Source: the human T2T-CHM13v2.0 reference genome, Homo sapiens
Length of the DNA stretch: 64,000 nt
Direction: 5' to 3' (one strand)
NCBI RefSeq assembly: GCF_009914755.1
Contig: NC_060927.1
In this document: in pieces, positions 10,420 to 25,112 of the stretch
Layout of the letters: every line of letters starts with the position of its first letter
Position numbering within the stretch: the stretch's first letter is position 1
Position numbers and translations under genes: made by a program
Notes under the pieces: generated by a model
Databases searched by the model: none
What the model saw: the letters and a program-made list of their open reading frames with translations, nothing else
What the model was told of the DNA's origin: nothing

Positions 10420-13400
10420 AGTACTACCATTGAGGTATGTATGGAAGTTTTTTGGATTTTTTAAAAAACTTTCTATGCTTTCAAAGTGTTTTATTTAGTA
10501 ATAATGTGTTAGTAAATTTGCCATTAATTGATTAGGCTACTCCTTGCAGTTTTGCCTCAAGGGAAAAGGCAAACCTAAAATATCTGGAAGAAGGGATGAG
10601 AATAGGGACCGTAATGAAAATAGAATTGAAATAGCTAAAAGAGATGTCTTGAACTTTGACACCTTAGTAAGGAAAAACATAAACATTAAGTCTGAAGATG
10701 AAAACTGATTTTACTAGCATGGCATCATCCTTTAAAAAAGTTATCAAGCAAATCTTCTAGTTATTTGAAGTCAGATGTTATACAAGTTCAACATTTATAT
10801 CTATATTGCCAGGAGACAACACTTTCAACCAAGTTTGCATGGCACTATCTTCTCATGTTGGTTTATTCACCTGAAAATGTAGGGCAGGTCTTGTTATCTC
10901 TCCTTTCCTGCTGCATTTTTAACCCCCAAACTAAAAGTCAAAATGCAGTGACAGTTCTCTGAAATGCAAAGAAGTTAGAGGATGAACTCCAGCAGGGAAA
11001 AATAATGTTTTACCAATGTTGCTGCCACATACCAAGTGGGTAGAGTGGGACTTTATATAAAAGTCATGCTCAAAAGTCAGTAGAAAAGAAGATAATGGAA
11101 TGACTAGACTTAGTGAGATCTACACAATAAAACTCTTCATGGCACACACAATTTTCAGTTGTGACAGTCGAATTGAATTAGTACTCTTTATATTGTTTAA
11201 AAAAAATGGTCACTTAGTTCATCCATTTTGGGACATGTCCAGGAAAATCATGAACTTATACAATTCTACAATAGAAATCATTAAGACCCATAGCAGGTTT
11301 CCTATGTATGGAATTATCCAAGTAATTTCAGCAGAAGTCCTGGAGTCAGAAAGGCACTGCAAGAAGTCCAGGAGAGCGGCAGTTATTTTTAGCTTAAAAA
11401 TTCACATTTTCAGTAGCAACTAAATACTCAGACCAAATACTGAGCACAAATTTTCCAAAAAATGCAGAAAATTTGCACTTTATACAAAATTTAATTTTTT
11501 CACTTGAGTGAAAATTACCTAGGTAGTTGGAAACAAAACTTGGACCACACAGTTTTATCTTTTTTTGAGCAACAAAAAGTATTATCTCAAGCATATACCA
11601 AGGCCAATAAAAGGAGAATTATTTAATATGCCAACCAAATTAACATCTTGTCTTAAGATCCATTCAGACTCTAAAGAGCAAATGGCCAGAATATCGTAAG
11701 AAATCTTTTTATTTTTTTTTCCTGTTTTCCAGGTTGAAATCAAAGGGCAGGTGCGCAAGCTTGATCCAGCAACAAGTCGACTTGTCTACCTGCCCAAACT
11801 ATTTTACAAATGGAGGCCCATCCTGTCCATGACTGTCCATAACCCACTATAAGAAAAGAGGACACTGCCTGAAATGGCAAAATAACAAGTAACAAAGAAG
11901 AGACTTTTAATATTTGCCTTAATTCATTGCCTACTTGGTTTGAACCTGTAATAGTTGCAAAGCTCTGTGTGAGATAATTCAAATACGAATTAGATTCCCT
12001 ATTCTCAACTTGTTCACAACGTAGTGGGGGAGATTAATGCACAAGCAATTAACTAAAACAGACTTCATTAAAATACTCTTAACTAAAACACAAAGGAAAT
12101 AATTAAACATAGAACATTGTGGAAAAGGGAACAGGGATAAAAATGGCGAATTGCTTTTTTCTTAGCTCTGGCAAGCTTTTGAAAATTTTTTGTATGTCCA
12201 TATTCATAAAGTGAGTTAGTATTATTTTTGTTGCTTATTCTATGTCCTTATATAAAAATCGTAGATAGTATCCTGCAAAGATATAAGTTATTATGTTGAG
12301 GGTCATTTCAGGAAGGGTCAGTTTCTCTTTCAGCTATTTAAACTGAACCTAAGGTCTTCTTTGAAATTGGTGTTCAAATCAGCATCTCAGAAGTGTAAGA
12401 AAAACCCGAGCATGTATCAGAATTTTCCTTTGATTTTTTTGAAAGTGTCATTATATTAGAATGGTGGCAACACTTAAGAGTTTTAAAATATATTACACCA
12501 GAAAGCTTAGAACTTAATATTTATTCAACCAGAAAATGCCATTATCCAATAAAAAATTAAGAAGCAGATGTAGTATTACTTTTCTTATAATGTTTCTACA
12601 CATTTATAATTGTATTTTTATGTTTATATATGTGAGTGAATTTTGAGTGGGCATGTGTTTAATGACATATAGGTTGCAGGCTTATAGGAATGAAAACAAA
12701 TTATTCTGTTTCTAGTCTCCATTATACTTAATTTTAATCCCAAACTGACTATTTAAATAATAGAATGCACTTACATTCTAAATTATAACATATTTATGCT
12801 AATACAGGGAATTATTATATATGCTATTTTTATAACTTTTGGCTTTGACATATTACATAGTTGTAAAAATAGGTTCTTAGAGAATCTAAGGTGACTGGTT
12901 TAACAGTAAGTGGTTATAAAAATGACTTATCTGAGATTTTTAAAAGATAAAAGTATTCTTGAACCAGTATTATTTTTACTAGAAGATAACTTAAAAGTAA
13001 GTCCTGACTAGAAAACATAAAACAAGAGCTTTATCAGGTTGAGAATTAAGGTTTCAGAAAATTGCTTTGTAAGTTTCATACACATACAGTTAAAACTGAA
13101 ACACTTGCATATCATTTAAACCAATTTGATATCAAATGTAGCAAGATGATATTTGAGAAGCAAATCAAAAATAAAATTCTGAGAAGTTCTTGTAGTTTAA
13201 ATAGCAGTCTCAAGGGGGAATTAAACAGTGAGGTGGGTAATGATATGTTTTTACATATGATTAAATTATTGATTTATAAAATAATGCAGAAGTTGATGTT
13301 CTGCCTTTCTACATATGAGTACAGTGCACTTGGAATGATCATAATTTATCCACATAATGTTTTAAAAGTGTAACAAGAATCTCTATATATTGGGCTGCAT

Positions 13401-14711
13401 AATTAAGAGACGACATTCCAACCACGATCACTAACAAATGAGCTTGGTGATAAACACCTACCCAGAAAGACCAAATTTCCTAAGAAAGACTATAAGACAC
13501 TTGGCACTTCTGTTAAAAGATTGTAACTCTTTTTTTTTTGCATTTCATTTACTAAATTGAAATCTTTATAACATGCTTGATCATGGCAGTTTTGCTAAAC
13601 AAATTTCCCACTGAAGAGGTACAAAGTAAAATATCAGCAAAGCTGATTGGTCTTTAGGCAAAATATATTTGTAAAAATCAATTCTGGCACAGGAAAATAT
13701 CTATGTTATATTTTATCTCCATGAAAAACTGATGTTAAAAAATAGTAATTATGCATCCAAGGAACAATTTTTAAAAACCACATCTTAAACAATGGTGTCA
13801 TTACCACAATCATCCAAAAACAAAATGAATATAAATGATAACACAGTCATTTCAAATACACTGAAAGCAGAATTATATGGTAGAAATAGCACTGTATTCA
13901 TGTACAGTTTTAATTCATTAAATGCTATTCAGGAAAATGGATACACCTTAGCAGGTGCTGAATACAAAGCAGAAAAATGAACATTATTTTAGATGCACCT
14001 GGGTAGTCACAGCTTGGATAACAATAACTTGAAGAAATTCAATCATTATAGATTGTACGCAATAAGACACCACTACTTTTCTCTGGAAAGTTTCATTATT
14101 TCCTGTTCTGTTATATCTTTTCAAATTTAAATGGAATATCATTTGCAGTTTTAATGATGTGATATAACACACTAAATACGCATGTAGATATGGAGTATTT
14201 TAGAAGTGTCACTTGAGAGTTATTCTGCAGCCCTCTATTAAGTATATAAACAGACATTACAAATAAAAATATAATTTTTGAGTGCTTATTGCCAAGTACT
14301 TTACAGATATTAATTACCAAGTTACTTGATCCAGCAAATTTAAGCTTCCTGAGAACCCTGGCCTAACAAAAACCCTAGGAGATAGGGCACAATGATTGCA
14401 CAGAGTTTTATACACAAAGGTAAGATATGATGTTAAATATCTTGCCTGTTTCAAACAGAGGACATAATAGTAGGTGTAGGATTTGAACTGAGTAGTATGG
14501 GGTGAAACTGTCATTTTTAAACATGATGCTATATATGCTGAATATAGTTCCTAACAGACACTTGGAGATGTCCCTTTCCCAAAACTAACATAGTTATGAA
14601 AAACCTTGTTGATATTTTCTAAACATTAGAGAATAAACTTAAATCTACTCTATTTTTATTATTGTTGATTTTTTCTTCTGGCCAACATCTTCCTGTTGTT
14701 TGTAGATAGGA

Positions 14712-15362
14712 TGTTGCCAGCCAGGTTCAGGTTTATTTTGTCCATGCTCAGTAAATCAATCACAATCACACTGGTTTTGCAAAAGAGAAAAGATTCATTT
14801 ACAAGGGCACCAACCATGGAGGTGGGAGAACAGCTCTCAAATCCACCTCCCTGAAGATAAGGCTTAGGGATATTTATGGGTTAGGGAAATGCGCTGGTCT
14901 AAGGCATAGGGAGAGGTGACTGGCAGTGGGGAAAAATGAAGTAACAGACTTATTTTGGGCAACTGTAGTTGGGGTTCATGGCATTTCATAGGACTTATAT
15001 ATGCAGAAAATGGTTGCATTAGCATGATCTGAGGGTGGAGTTTTTGGCCCTCTAATATCGAAAACTACCTCTAGGGCACTTGCACAGGCCCAGTGAAGGG
15101 TCAGTGATCTCAACTGCTTTGAACTGGACAGGAGTTGGCCCGTGTTCCTGAAAAGCAACTGAAATGACCATTACCACGATGACCTATGAATGCTATCTAT
15201 AAAATAGATAGTGAAAGTTAAGTTTCAGCATTCAGCAGCCAAGTTGTAGCCTTCAGCTACAATAGCCTCACCTTTTTTTTGGAAAAAGGAAACAAAAACA
15301 AAAATCAAGCACCAAAAGCAAGCGGGGCAGGAAGACATAGTCAAATTAATGCCTGGGTTTCA
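14712..15362 (-). mobile_element. ERV1 solo LTR (MER4 group, LTR8/LTR26-like), 651 bp
   Basis: TG...CA termini flanked by an exact 4-bp TSD AGGA (14708-14711, 15363-15366); minus strand starts TGAAACCC; CTCAAATCCACCTCCCTGAAG motif. Confidence 0.8.
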
Positions 15363-15899
15363 AGGACCTCAGCGATAATCTTCTCAGGTCAATTTTCTTT
15401 GGCAGAAATATTTACTTGATGAGAAGAGAAAGAAGAAGAAAAAGAGGAGGAGAATAATTAAAGAAAGAACAATTCCAGTCTATATTAAATAAAGGAAAAA
15501 TGGAAAAGAAAGCAAAAACTGAAGGCCAAAGGCCTTTTACCAAAACCTGGTCAGGCTGTTCCTGCATTAAATGCACACATTGAAATTTGAGGGCCCCTTT
15601 ATGGGATAGGATAGAACTGAATGAAGAGTATCCCTGATAACAAAAAGACTGAAAAAGAAACAAAGAAAAGTTTCTTTGAAATAGTTGAAACTCCTACTCC
15701 ACACCATTCAGGTATCTGAAATGTAAAAAAATAATAATAATAATACAAACTCCCCACATTTGGTTATCCAGGTAAATACAGAGACACACAAAGAATCTAT
15801 TCACTCTGTTTCTGAAAACCACCTTTAAGTAAAATTGTCTCCAGCCAGAGGGGGAAGAGAAAAGAGAATTCACATGGGTTCTGTACAGCTATTTTAGGG

Positions 15900-16800
15900 A
15901 GTAACAATCAAAGAATGAATGCAGTAATCAAGAGATACATGGGGAATACAATCCAAGTAAATAGAAACAAGAAGAAAGCTTAAAGAAGAAATTCACCAAG
16001 TGCTTAAATAAATTAAGTAGACAAGTGCATCAAGTACTCAACCAAGTAGACCATGAAATCTATGAAAAAGAGATCGATGACGAGATAATCAGAAAATTGA
16101 TGAGGTTGTAGGAGAGCTAGTAGTAGTTAGAAAACAAAGTGAGGAGAATGGTGCCATCAGTGATAGTAGGTATATTAGAAACAGGAAGGAGGAATTGGAA
16201 AATCATTTCTAATGATAAGATATCTGTCTTGAGACTATCAGAGACTGAAGAGAGGAAAGACAAAGCTAGAGAAAAAAGGGGTAGTGAAATAAATGCTAGA
16301 TTTTGGGAATAGAAACATACGGAAAATTGGAGACTCCTTGACGCAGAAAGCAGAACAAATAGAAAAAAAAAGAAATTAAATATACGTTCTTGAAATGAGA
16401 AAATACCTGAATCTACACATTGACAAACTTCATTTTATTCCCAGAAAATTAATTTAATAGAGGACATTCGAAACTAGAACTTATCCTGTCGAATTATTGA
16501 ATTATAGGGATAAAAAAACCACAATAATGATAAAGGCATGCAAACAAAAGAAGCAAGTCACCTATAAAGAAAAAAATCAAGAGGGCCTCAGACTTCTTAA
16601 AGGCAGTCATTGTGGATTGGAGTCAAGTCCGCCATGTTTCTAGGGAAAAGAAGAATACATTCAAATTCCATTCCTAGCCAAGTCACCCTTAATATGTAAA
16701 AGAAACAAAAAGACATTATCAGATTGTCTGCAATTTGAGAGACTTGCTTACCTGTAAGCAAATCTTTGTATAATTTATACAACTAAGATACTAACTGAAA
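15900..16800 (+). mobile_element. Ancient L1 (L1ME/HAL1-like) ORF1-region remnant
   Basis: A-rich; AAGCAAGTCACCTATAAAGAAAAAAATCAAGAGGGCCTCAGACTTCT resembles the ORF1 QVTYKG..IRL.SDFS motif. Confidence 0.5.
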
Positions 16801-16910
16801 CAATGAAACCCTGATATGACAACTATTGAATCTAAAAAAAATAGAACTATAGAAATAGAATAAACTCACCAGTTACAAGGAAAAGTATGTCTTTAAAAAA
16901 AAAAGTTGTA

Positions 16911-17252
16911 AAGGATGAGTTCATGTCCTTTGGAGGGACATGGATGAAGCTGGAAACCATCATTCTCAGCAAACTATCGCAAGGACAAAAAACCAAACAC
17001 TGCATGTTCTCACTCATAGGTGGGAATTGAACAATGAGAACACTTGGACACAGGAAGGGGAACATCACACACCAGGGCCTGTCGTGGGGTGAGGGGATGG
17101 GGGAGGGAAAACATTAGGAGATATACCTAATGTAAATGACGAGTTAATGGGTGCAGCACACCAACATGGCACATGTATACATATGTAACAAACCTACACG
17201 TTGTGCACATGTACCCTAGAATTTAAAGTATAATAATAATAATAAAAAAAAA
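16911..17252 (+). mobile_element. L1PA (PA4/5-like) 5'-truncated 3' end
   Basis: AAGGATGAGTTCATGTCCTTTG...GTACCCTAGAATTTAAAGTATAAT plus A tail; flanking AAAAAA(G/A)TTGTA is TSD-like. Confidence 0.95.
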
Positions 17253-18510
17253 TTCAAAAAAATTGTATAGAAGTGGCATGTTTAAAGTAAAGTAATTTGA
17301 TTAAAAATATTATTACCAGAGGGGCTTCAAGATGGCTCATTAGAGACATCTTTTACCTTTTCCAAGGTAAAATCCAAAATTGTGAGTAGATAATTTCACT
17401 TCAAATACATTGTCCAAGAGAAAACACTGGAATTCAACAGAGAAATGATAGGAAACACCTAAAGCAAGTAAAGGGAAGAAGGCAGCTAGCATGCTTATCT
17501 GATACTGGCTGACAGAGATTCCCCAATACAGGGAAAGGGTAAGAGAGAGGCCCCAGAAGTCCACATTCCAACCACTGACTCTTAGAATCCTAGCCACAGG
17601 AGAGTGTGGCTCATGGGCCCTGAGGTTTATATAAGGACTTCTTTGGAAGTCGCATTGCTCCCAATATGGTGCTCATGCTGAGTCCCACAATTCCCGGAAT
17701 CCTTGGCAGTGGCAAAACAATGCCTTTGTAGAGCACTGCCCACACCCCACTGGACTCTGGTCTGTCCTGCAACCAGGGAAAGGTAGCAGCCAAAGATAGC
17801 AATCCTTCTTACCCTCTTACTATCCTTATACATCCTCTTGCCAAGGGGTGGCCACACAGTCTCATATACCCAAAGGACAAATTCCACTCCCCCTAATTGC
17901 TTTGGTTATAGACTGCTGTGGACCAAGATACAGGCAAAGCTTCAAATCCCCAGCTGGCTGTCTACAATTGCTCCCAAGGAAAGCAACTCTGACTTCCCCA
18001 ACAGCAAGGTCACAACATAGCCATTGCTGCTTCCACCTCAGCATTCTGCTAGTGGTTTGCAATTCACCTCACTGCTGCATACCATAGCCAGTGTATTTTT
18101 CCCACTGCGGGAGCGAGGGTGGGGGTGGGGGCTGAGGGAACAGCCCCCCCAGGCTCCATGCTTCCCAGTACCTAGTTATACCATCCAGGAGCTTGGGAAT
18201 CACCCAGCCTGGTCCACCAGGGATGGCACATGAGCACTTCCCAAGTACAGGAAGAGAATTAAACATCCAGATACAGGTAGCCTAGAGATCTCCAAATAAA
18301 TATAACACACAAACGTTTTCATGGCACATTATCGTCAACTCTCTAAAGTCGAAGACTTTTTTGACTAAAGTCAAAAAACAGCAAGAGACAAGTGTTTAGT
18401 GATCTATAAAGAAATTTCTGTCATGCTAAAAGCAAATTTCTCAGTAGATACCTTACAGAACAGGAGAAAACATTATAATGTATTAAAAATGATGTAAGAA
18501 AAAACTGCCA

Positions 18511-18819
18511 GCCGGGCTCAATGGCTCACGCCTGTAATCCCAGCACTTTGGGAGGCAGAGGAGGGCGGATCACGAGATCAGGAGATCGACACCATCCTGG
18601 CTATCACGGTGAAACCCCGTCTCTACTAAAAATGCAAAAAATTAGCCAGGCTTGGTGGTGGGCTCCTGTAGTCCTGGCTACTCGGGAGGCTGAGGCAGGA
18701 GAATGGCGTGAACCCGGGAGGCGGAGCTTTCAGTGGGTGGAGATCGCGCCACAGCACTCCAGCCTGGGCAACAGAGCAAGACTCCATCTCAAAAAGAAAA
18801 TAATAATAAATAAATAAAT
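18511..18819 (+). mobile_element. AluY
   Basis: GATCACGAGATCAGGAGATCG..ACCATCCTGGCTA, GAATGGCGTGAACCCGGGAGGCGGAGCTT; TSD AAAA(A/G)ACTGCCA at 18499-18510 and 18820-18831. Confidence 0.95.
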
Positions 18820-19141
18820 AAAAGACTGCCATCCAAGGATACTATGTCCAGCAAAAATGAAGGAGAAATAAAGTCTTTCTAAGACAAGCAAATGCTCAAG
18901 GAATTCATCACCACTAAACTGGACCTATAATTAATGCTGAAGAGAGTCTTAACCCTGGAAGTGAGTGACATTTACCTTCATGAAAACACACAAAAATACA
19001 AAACACATGGGTGAAGCAAACATCCAAATAAGAAAGAGAAAGGACTCAAATGGCACCACTAAAGAAAACTACCAAAGTACAATAATAATTAAGAGGAAAA
19101 GAAAGGAAAAAAGTACATACAAAACAACCAGAAAACAATTA

Positions 19142-19522
<381 letters not shown>

Positions 19523-22329
19523 TTAAAGACATAGGCTGGTTAAATCAATCAAAGAACAAGATCTAAATATATCTTGTCAATAAGAAATGCATTTTACTTG
19601 TAAAGATACATATAAACTGAAAGTAAATGGATGGAAAAAAATCAACACAAATGAAAATGAAAAGTGAACAGAAGTAGCTACATTTATATCAGATAAAACA
19701 GACTTTAAGTTAAAAAATAACCAAAAACATCCAAAAGAGGTATTAAATAATAATAAAGGGACCAAACCAGCAAGAGGATTAACAATCCTAAATATATATG
19801 CTTCCAATACTGGAGTACCCACATTCATAAAGCAAATATTATTAAATCTAAAGAGAGAAATAGGCTCTGATACAATAAAAGTAGGAGACTCATCTCACTC
19901 TTAGCATTAAACAGATAATCCAGACAGAAAAATCAAGAAACATTGGATTTAAACTGAACTTTAGATCAATGAACCTAACAGATGTTTACAGAACATTTTA
20001 TCCAACAACTGCAGAATACACATTCTTCTCATTGGCACATGGAACATTCTCCAGAAAAATCATATGTTAAGCCACAAAACAAGCCTCAGCAAATTTCAAA
20101 AAATTAAAATTGTATCAAGCATCTTCTCACATCGCCTGGAATAAAATTAGAAATCACTACCAATGGGAACTCTAGAAACTATGCAAATGGATGGAAATTA
20201 AACAACATGAATCTGAACAACCATTGGGTCAATGAAGAAATTAAGATGGAAATTTTAAAAAGCTCTGAACCAAAAGAAATTGGAAACACAACAAACCAAA
20301 ACCTGTGTGACACAGCAAAAGCAGTACCAAGAGGGAATTTTATAGCAATAAACACCTACATTATAAAAACAGAAAGTTTTCAAATAAATAATCTAATAAT
20401 ACACCTCAAGGATCTAGAAAAACAAAAACCAATAAAACCAAAATTTACAGAAGAAAATAAACAATAAACCTCAGACCAAAATTAAACAAAATGGAGACTA
20501 AAAAAAAAAAATAAAAGATGAATGAAATTAAAAGTTAGTTATTTAAAAAGATAAACAAAATGGATAAACTGCTCACTAAACTAACCCAGAAGAGAGAAGA
20601 TGCAAATAAACAAAAGCAGAAATAAAAAAGGAGACATTACAACTGATATCACAGAAATACAAAGATCATCAGAGACTGTTATGAACAACTATACACTAAG
20701 AAATTGGAAATCCTAGAGGAAATGGATAATGTCCTGGAAACATACAACCTACAAAGAGTAAATCAGGTAGAAAACCTGAATAGACCAATAATGGGTAGGG
20801 AGATTGAATCAGTAATAAAAAATCCCCCAGTAAAGAAAAACCCAAGACTGAATAAATTCTCAGCTGAATTCCACCAAACATATATGTAAAAACTAATACC
20901 AATCTTCCTCAAACCATTCCAAATAATTGAAGAGAAGAAAATTCTCCCTAACTCATTCTACAAGGCAGGCCAGCATTACCCTGACACCAAAGCTAGACAA
21001 GTACACAACAAGAAAAAGAAAAGCACAGACCAATATCCCTCATGAACACTGATATAAAAATCCTCAACGAAACACTAGCGAACTGAATCCAACAACACAA
21101 GAAAAAGATGACTCAACATATGCAGATAATAAATATGATATATCACATTAAAAGAACAAAGAACAAAAATCATAGTCATCTCAATAGACACGGAAAAAGC
21201 ATTTGATAAAATTCAACATTCCATGATGATAAAAATGCTCAACAAACTAGGCATGGAAGTAATATAACTCAAAATAATAAAGGCCATATTTAAGGACTGA
21301 CAGCTATCATTATATTGAATGGGAAAAAGTTAAAAGTTGTTCCTTTAAAAACTGAAAGAAAGTAAAAAATCTCTACAAGAAAAACTACAAAATACTGATG
21401 AAAGAAATTGAGGAGGAAACAAATGGAAGGATATCCCTTGATCATAGACAAGAAGAATTCATATTGTTAAAATAACCATATTAACCAAAGCAATCTATAT
21501 ATTCAATGCAAGCCATATACCTCCTGAGATATATGAAAGAAATGTCCAACATCATAAATCATCACAAATCAAAATCACAATGAGATATAATTTTACCCCA
21601 GTTAAGATGGCTATTACCAAAAAGATAAAAAAAAAAAAAAACACACCAGATGTTGGCAAGGATGTAGAGAAAAGGAAACTCTTGTACACTGTTGGTAGAA
21701 ATGTAAATTAGTGTAACCAATATGGAAAACAATACAAAGATTTCTGAAGAAACTAAAACTAGAAATACCATACAATCCAGCAATCCCAGTATTCAGTATT
21801 TACCCAAAGTGAAAAAAACACAATATATCAAAGGAACACATGCATTGCCATGTTGATTGAAGTACTTTTTCAGAAGAACAAAAATATGGAATCAGCCTAT
21901 GTATCCATCAATAGATGAATGGATAAAGAAAATGTGGTATATATACACAATGGAATACTATTTAGCCATAAAAGAATGAAATCCTTACACTCGTAGCAAT
22001 GTGGAGGGAAGTGGACATCATTATGTTAAATGAAATAAGCACATGTATAGCAGACATGTAATGCATACATATATAAACCAGGAGAAAATATTAAGATCAC
22101 AAGTAACATTAACATCTGTATATTTATGCAAATATAAAACAAGAGATAATGTTAAAATCTGACAAAGCGGCATTCAAGAAAAAAAATGTTTTCTTAATTG
22201 AGGCAAAGAAAAGTACTTTGATGAGAGATAATGCTTGGGAAAGACATGTAAGTATCATTAATATGTCCCAAATTACACAATATTAAATATTTCTTAAGGT
22301 CTTGGAAATTCAAAGAAATTAGTCAGATA

Positions 22330-22648
22330 CAATAGTCCTCCCTTTTCTGCAGTTTCGCTTTCTTTGGTTTCAGTTACCCATAGTCAACTGTGATCCAAAA
22401 CTAAGTGAACACAGTATGAGAAGATATTTTGACAGAGAGAAAATATATTGACATAACTTTTATTACAATATACTGTCACAATTTCTCTATTTTATTTATG
22501 AGTCATTGTTAATATCTTAATGTGTCTAATTTATAAATTAAATTCTATCATAAGTAGGTATGTATAAGAAAAAAAGGTATATAAAGGGTTTGGTACAGTA
22601 CACTGATGGTCTTGGAACAGTTTCCCCATGAGTAATGGGGAATGACTG
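22330..22648 (+). mobile_element. MER44A (Tigger7-derived MITE), full length
   Basis: TA|CAATAGTCCTCCCTTTTCTGCAGTTTCGCTTTC...GGGGAATGACTG|TA: TIRs and TA TSD. Confidence 0.9.
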
Positions 22649-22677
22649 TATACAAAAGTAGATATATATTTTGTATA

Positions 22678-23401
<724 letters not shown>

Positions 23402-24777
23402 TATATAAAAAACATTTCTATCAATTCTTAGAACAAATATACAAAAATAAATAATGCTCTGAATAACATAATTAATATGGTTGATTTAAAAGAAATATAA
23501 GAAACTCTATATGCAAGAAACAGAGAACATATCTTCTCAAGGATCCATAAAACATGAATTTAGCTTGAAATTGGCAAGGTAGAAAAATAATCTACTACTC
23601 AGAATTAGTTAATAAATGTGTAATATTGATGTCTTTCCTCTATGTTACCTAAGCAACTACTCGAAAAGGATCCCCTTGTTAATCCACTTTATATTCAAAT
23701 ATTTCATTCAATTTTTGATATAAAATAGAATATTTTTACCTGGCCGTTTATACCTGGTTTATGTGATTGTATAAAATGAGGCATTTAAAAAGGATTCTTT
23801 CCACTAAGAACATTCAAAATACTTGCATATGTGCTTCATGTTCTGAGAAGCAGCATGCAATGTCAGTGATTGATGAGCTAGTTATTTCAGAATTCCATTT
23901 TGTGATAGTATTTCAGAAATGTTAAGTCTTGTGGCAGTTTTGCCAGATCAAAAAGCCATAATTCAGTGTCGACCATAATGCTGAGCAGTTAGTTCTGGCC
24001 CTGCAGTTTGATGCCATCTTTACATTCAAAGATCTATCCCCCATACACCACTGTCACATAAAAAACACCCCATCGCACTGTACAATTTGGCATGATTGTC
24101 TAAGAGGCTTGGACTGAACTGGCATTAATTAGCTATGTCACACTATTATTCATTCCCCATGAATTTGCTCTTACCATTCAGATCAGGAATGAATTCACTA
24201 GCACAGCAGTATGTAGAAACAATATATGATCTACTCGATTGTGTTTGGTCTCGTATTTTTACACCGAAGAGTCAGTGTTGCAGAATTTAAAGCGCTCTAA
24301 ATGCTATTCCATCTTTCATACCTTCCTTTCATTTTTTAGCACAAATAATTCACATGTTAAGAGAATCTCCTCAGTCTGAAAATTGCAAGTGAAGGCCAGT
24401 TCCCTTTCTTCCCTTTATGGCAGCCCTGGTTTAGTCTCTGCCACATTCTCCCTGTGCCTATCACATCCTCCTTTCTGTCAAAGGCCTACCTTCCTGGATT
24501 CAAATGTTTGAGGACTATTTCATCCTGGCTTCATATATAAATTCAGATATATATCCCTATTTATTCTGCATTGTGACCTTCTAAAAGGGAGAATATATAG
24601 TTCATGACTGTGCTTTTAATTAAATAATATGGAAAGATAGCTATTTACTAGGTAACATAAGAACCTTAGGTGACACCCTAACAATGTTCATTTTAAACTA
24701 TTGTTTAGCATCTTAAAAGCATTTTGTTGCTATTTTTTTGTCCAGTATTCTTGTTGCTGCCAGTAACCAGAAAATTA

Positions 24778-24779
<2 letters not shown>

Positions 24780-24815
<36 letters not shown>

Positions 24816-25112
24816 GTTATTATTTTGAGATGGAGTCTCCCTCTGTTGCCCAGGCTAGAGTGCAGTGGCACAACCTTGGCTCACTGCAGCCTCCACCTCC
24901 TGGGTTCAAGTGAGTCTCCTGCCTCAGCCTCCTGAGTAGCTGGGAATATGGGCTCCCTCTACCATGCCTCGCTAATTTTTTAGTATTTTTTAGTAGAGAC
25001 AGGGTTTCACCATGTTGGCCAGGCTGATCTCGAGCCCCTGAGCTCAAGTGATCCACACCCCCTTGGCTTCCCAAAGTGCTGGGATTACAGGCATGAGTCA
25101 CAGCACCCAACC
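24780..25112 (-). mobile_element. Alu (old S/Jb-like) with a microsatellite tail
   Basis: Reverse dimer; 15-bp direct repeat AACCAGAAAATTATT at 24765-24779 and 25109-25123. Confidence 0.95.
24781..24813. repeat. (TGA)11 microsatellite in the Alu tail
   Basis: Seen directly; it explains the poly-Met stretch of ORF 24738-24935. Confidence 0.97.

Noticed and set aside
17086-17107. G-rich tract capable of forming a G-quadruplex
   Set aside because: Standard L1PA 3' UTR G-tract present in all such copies.
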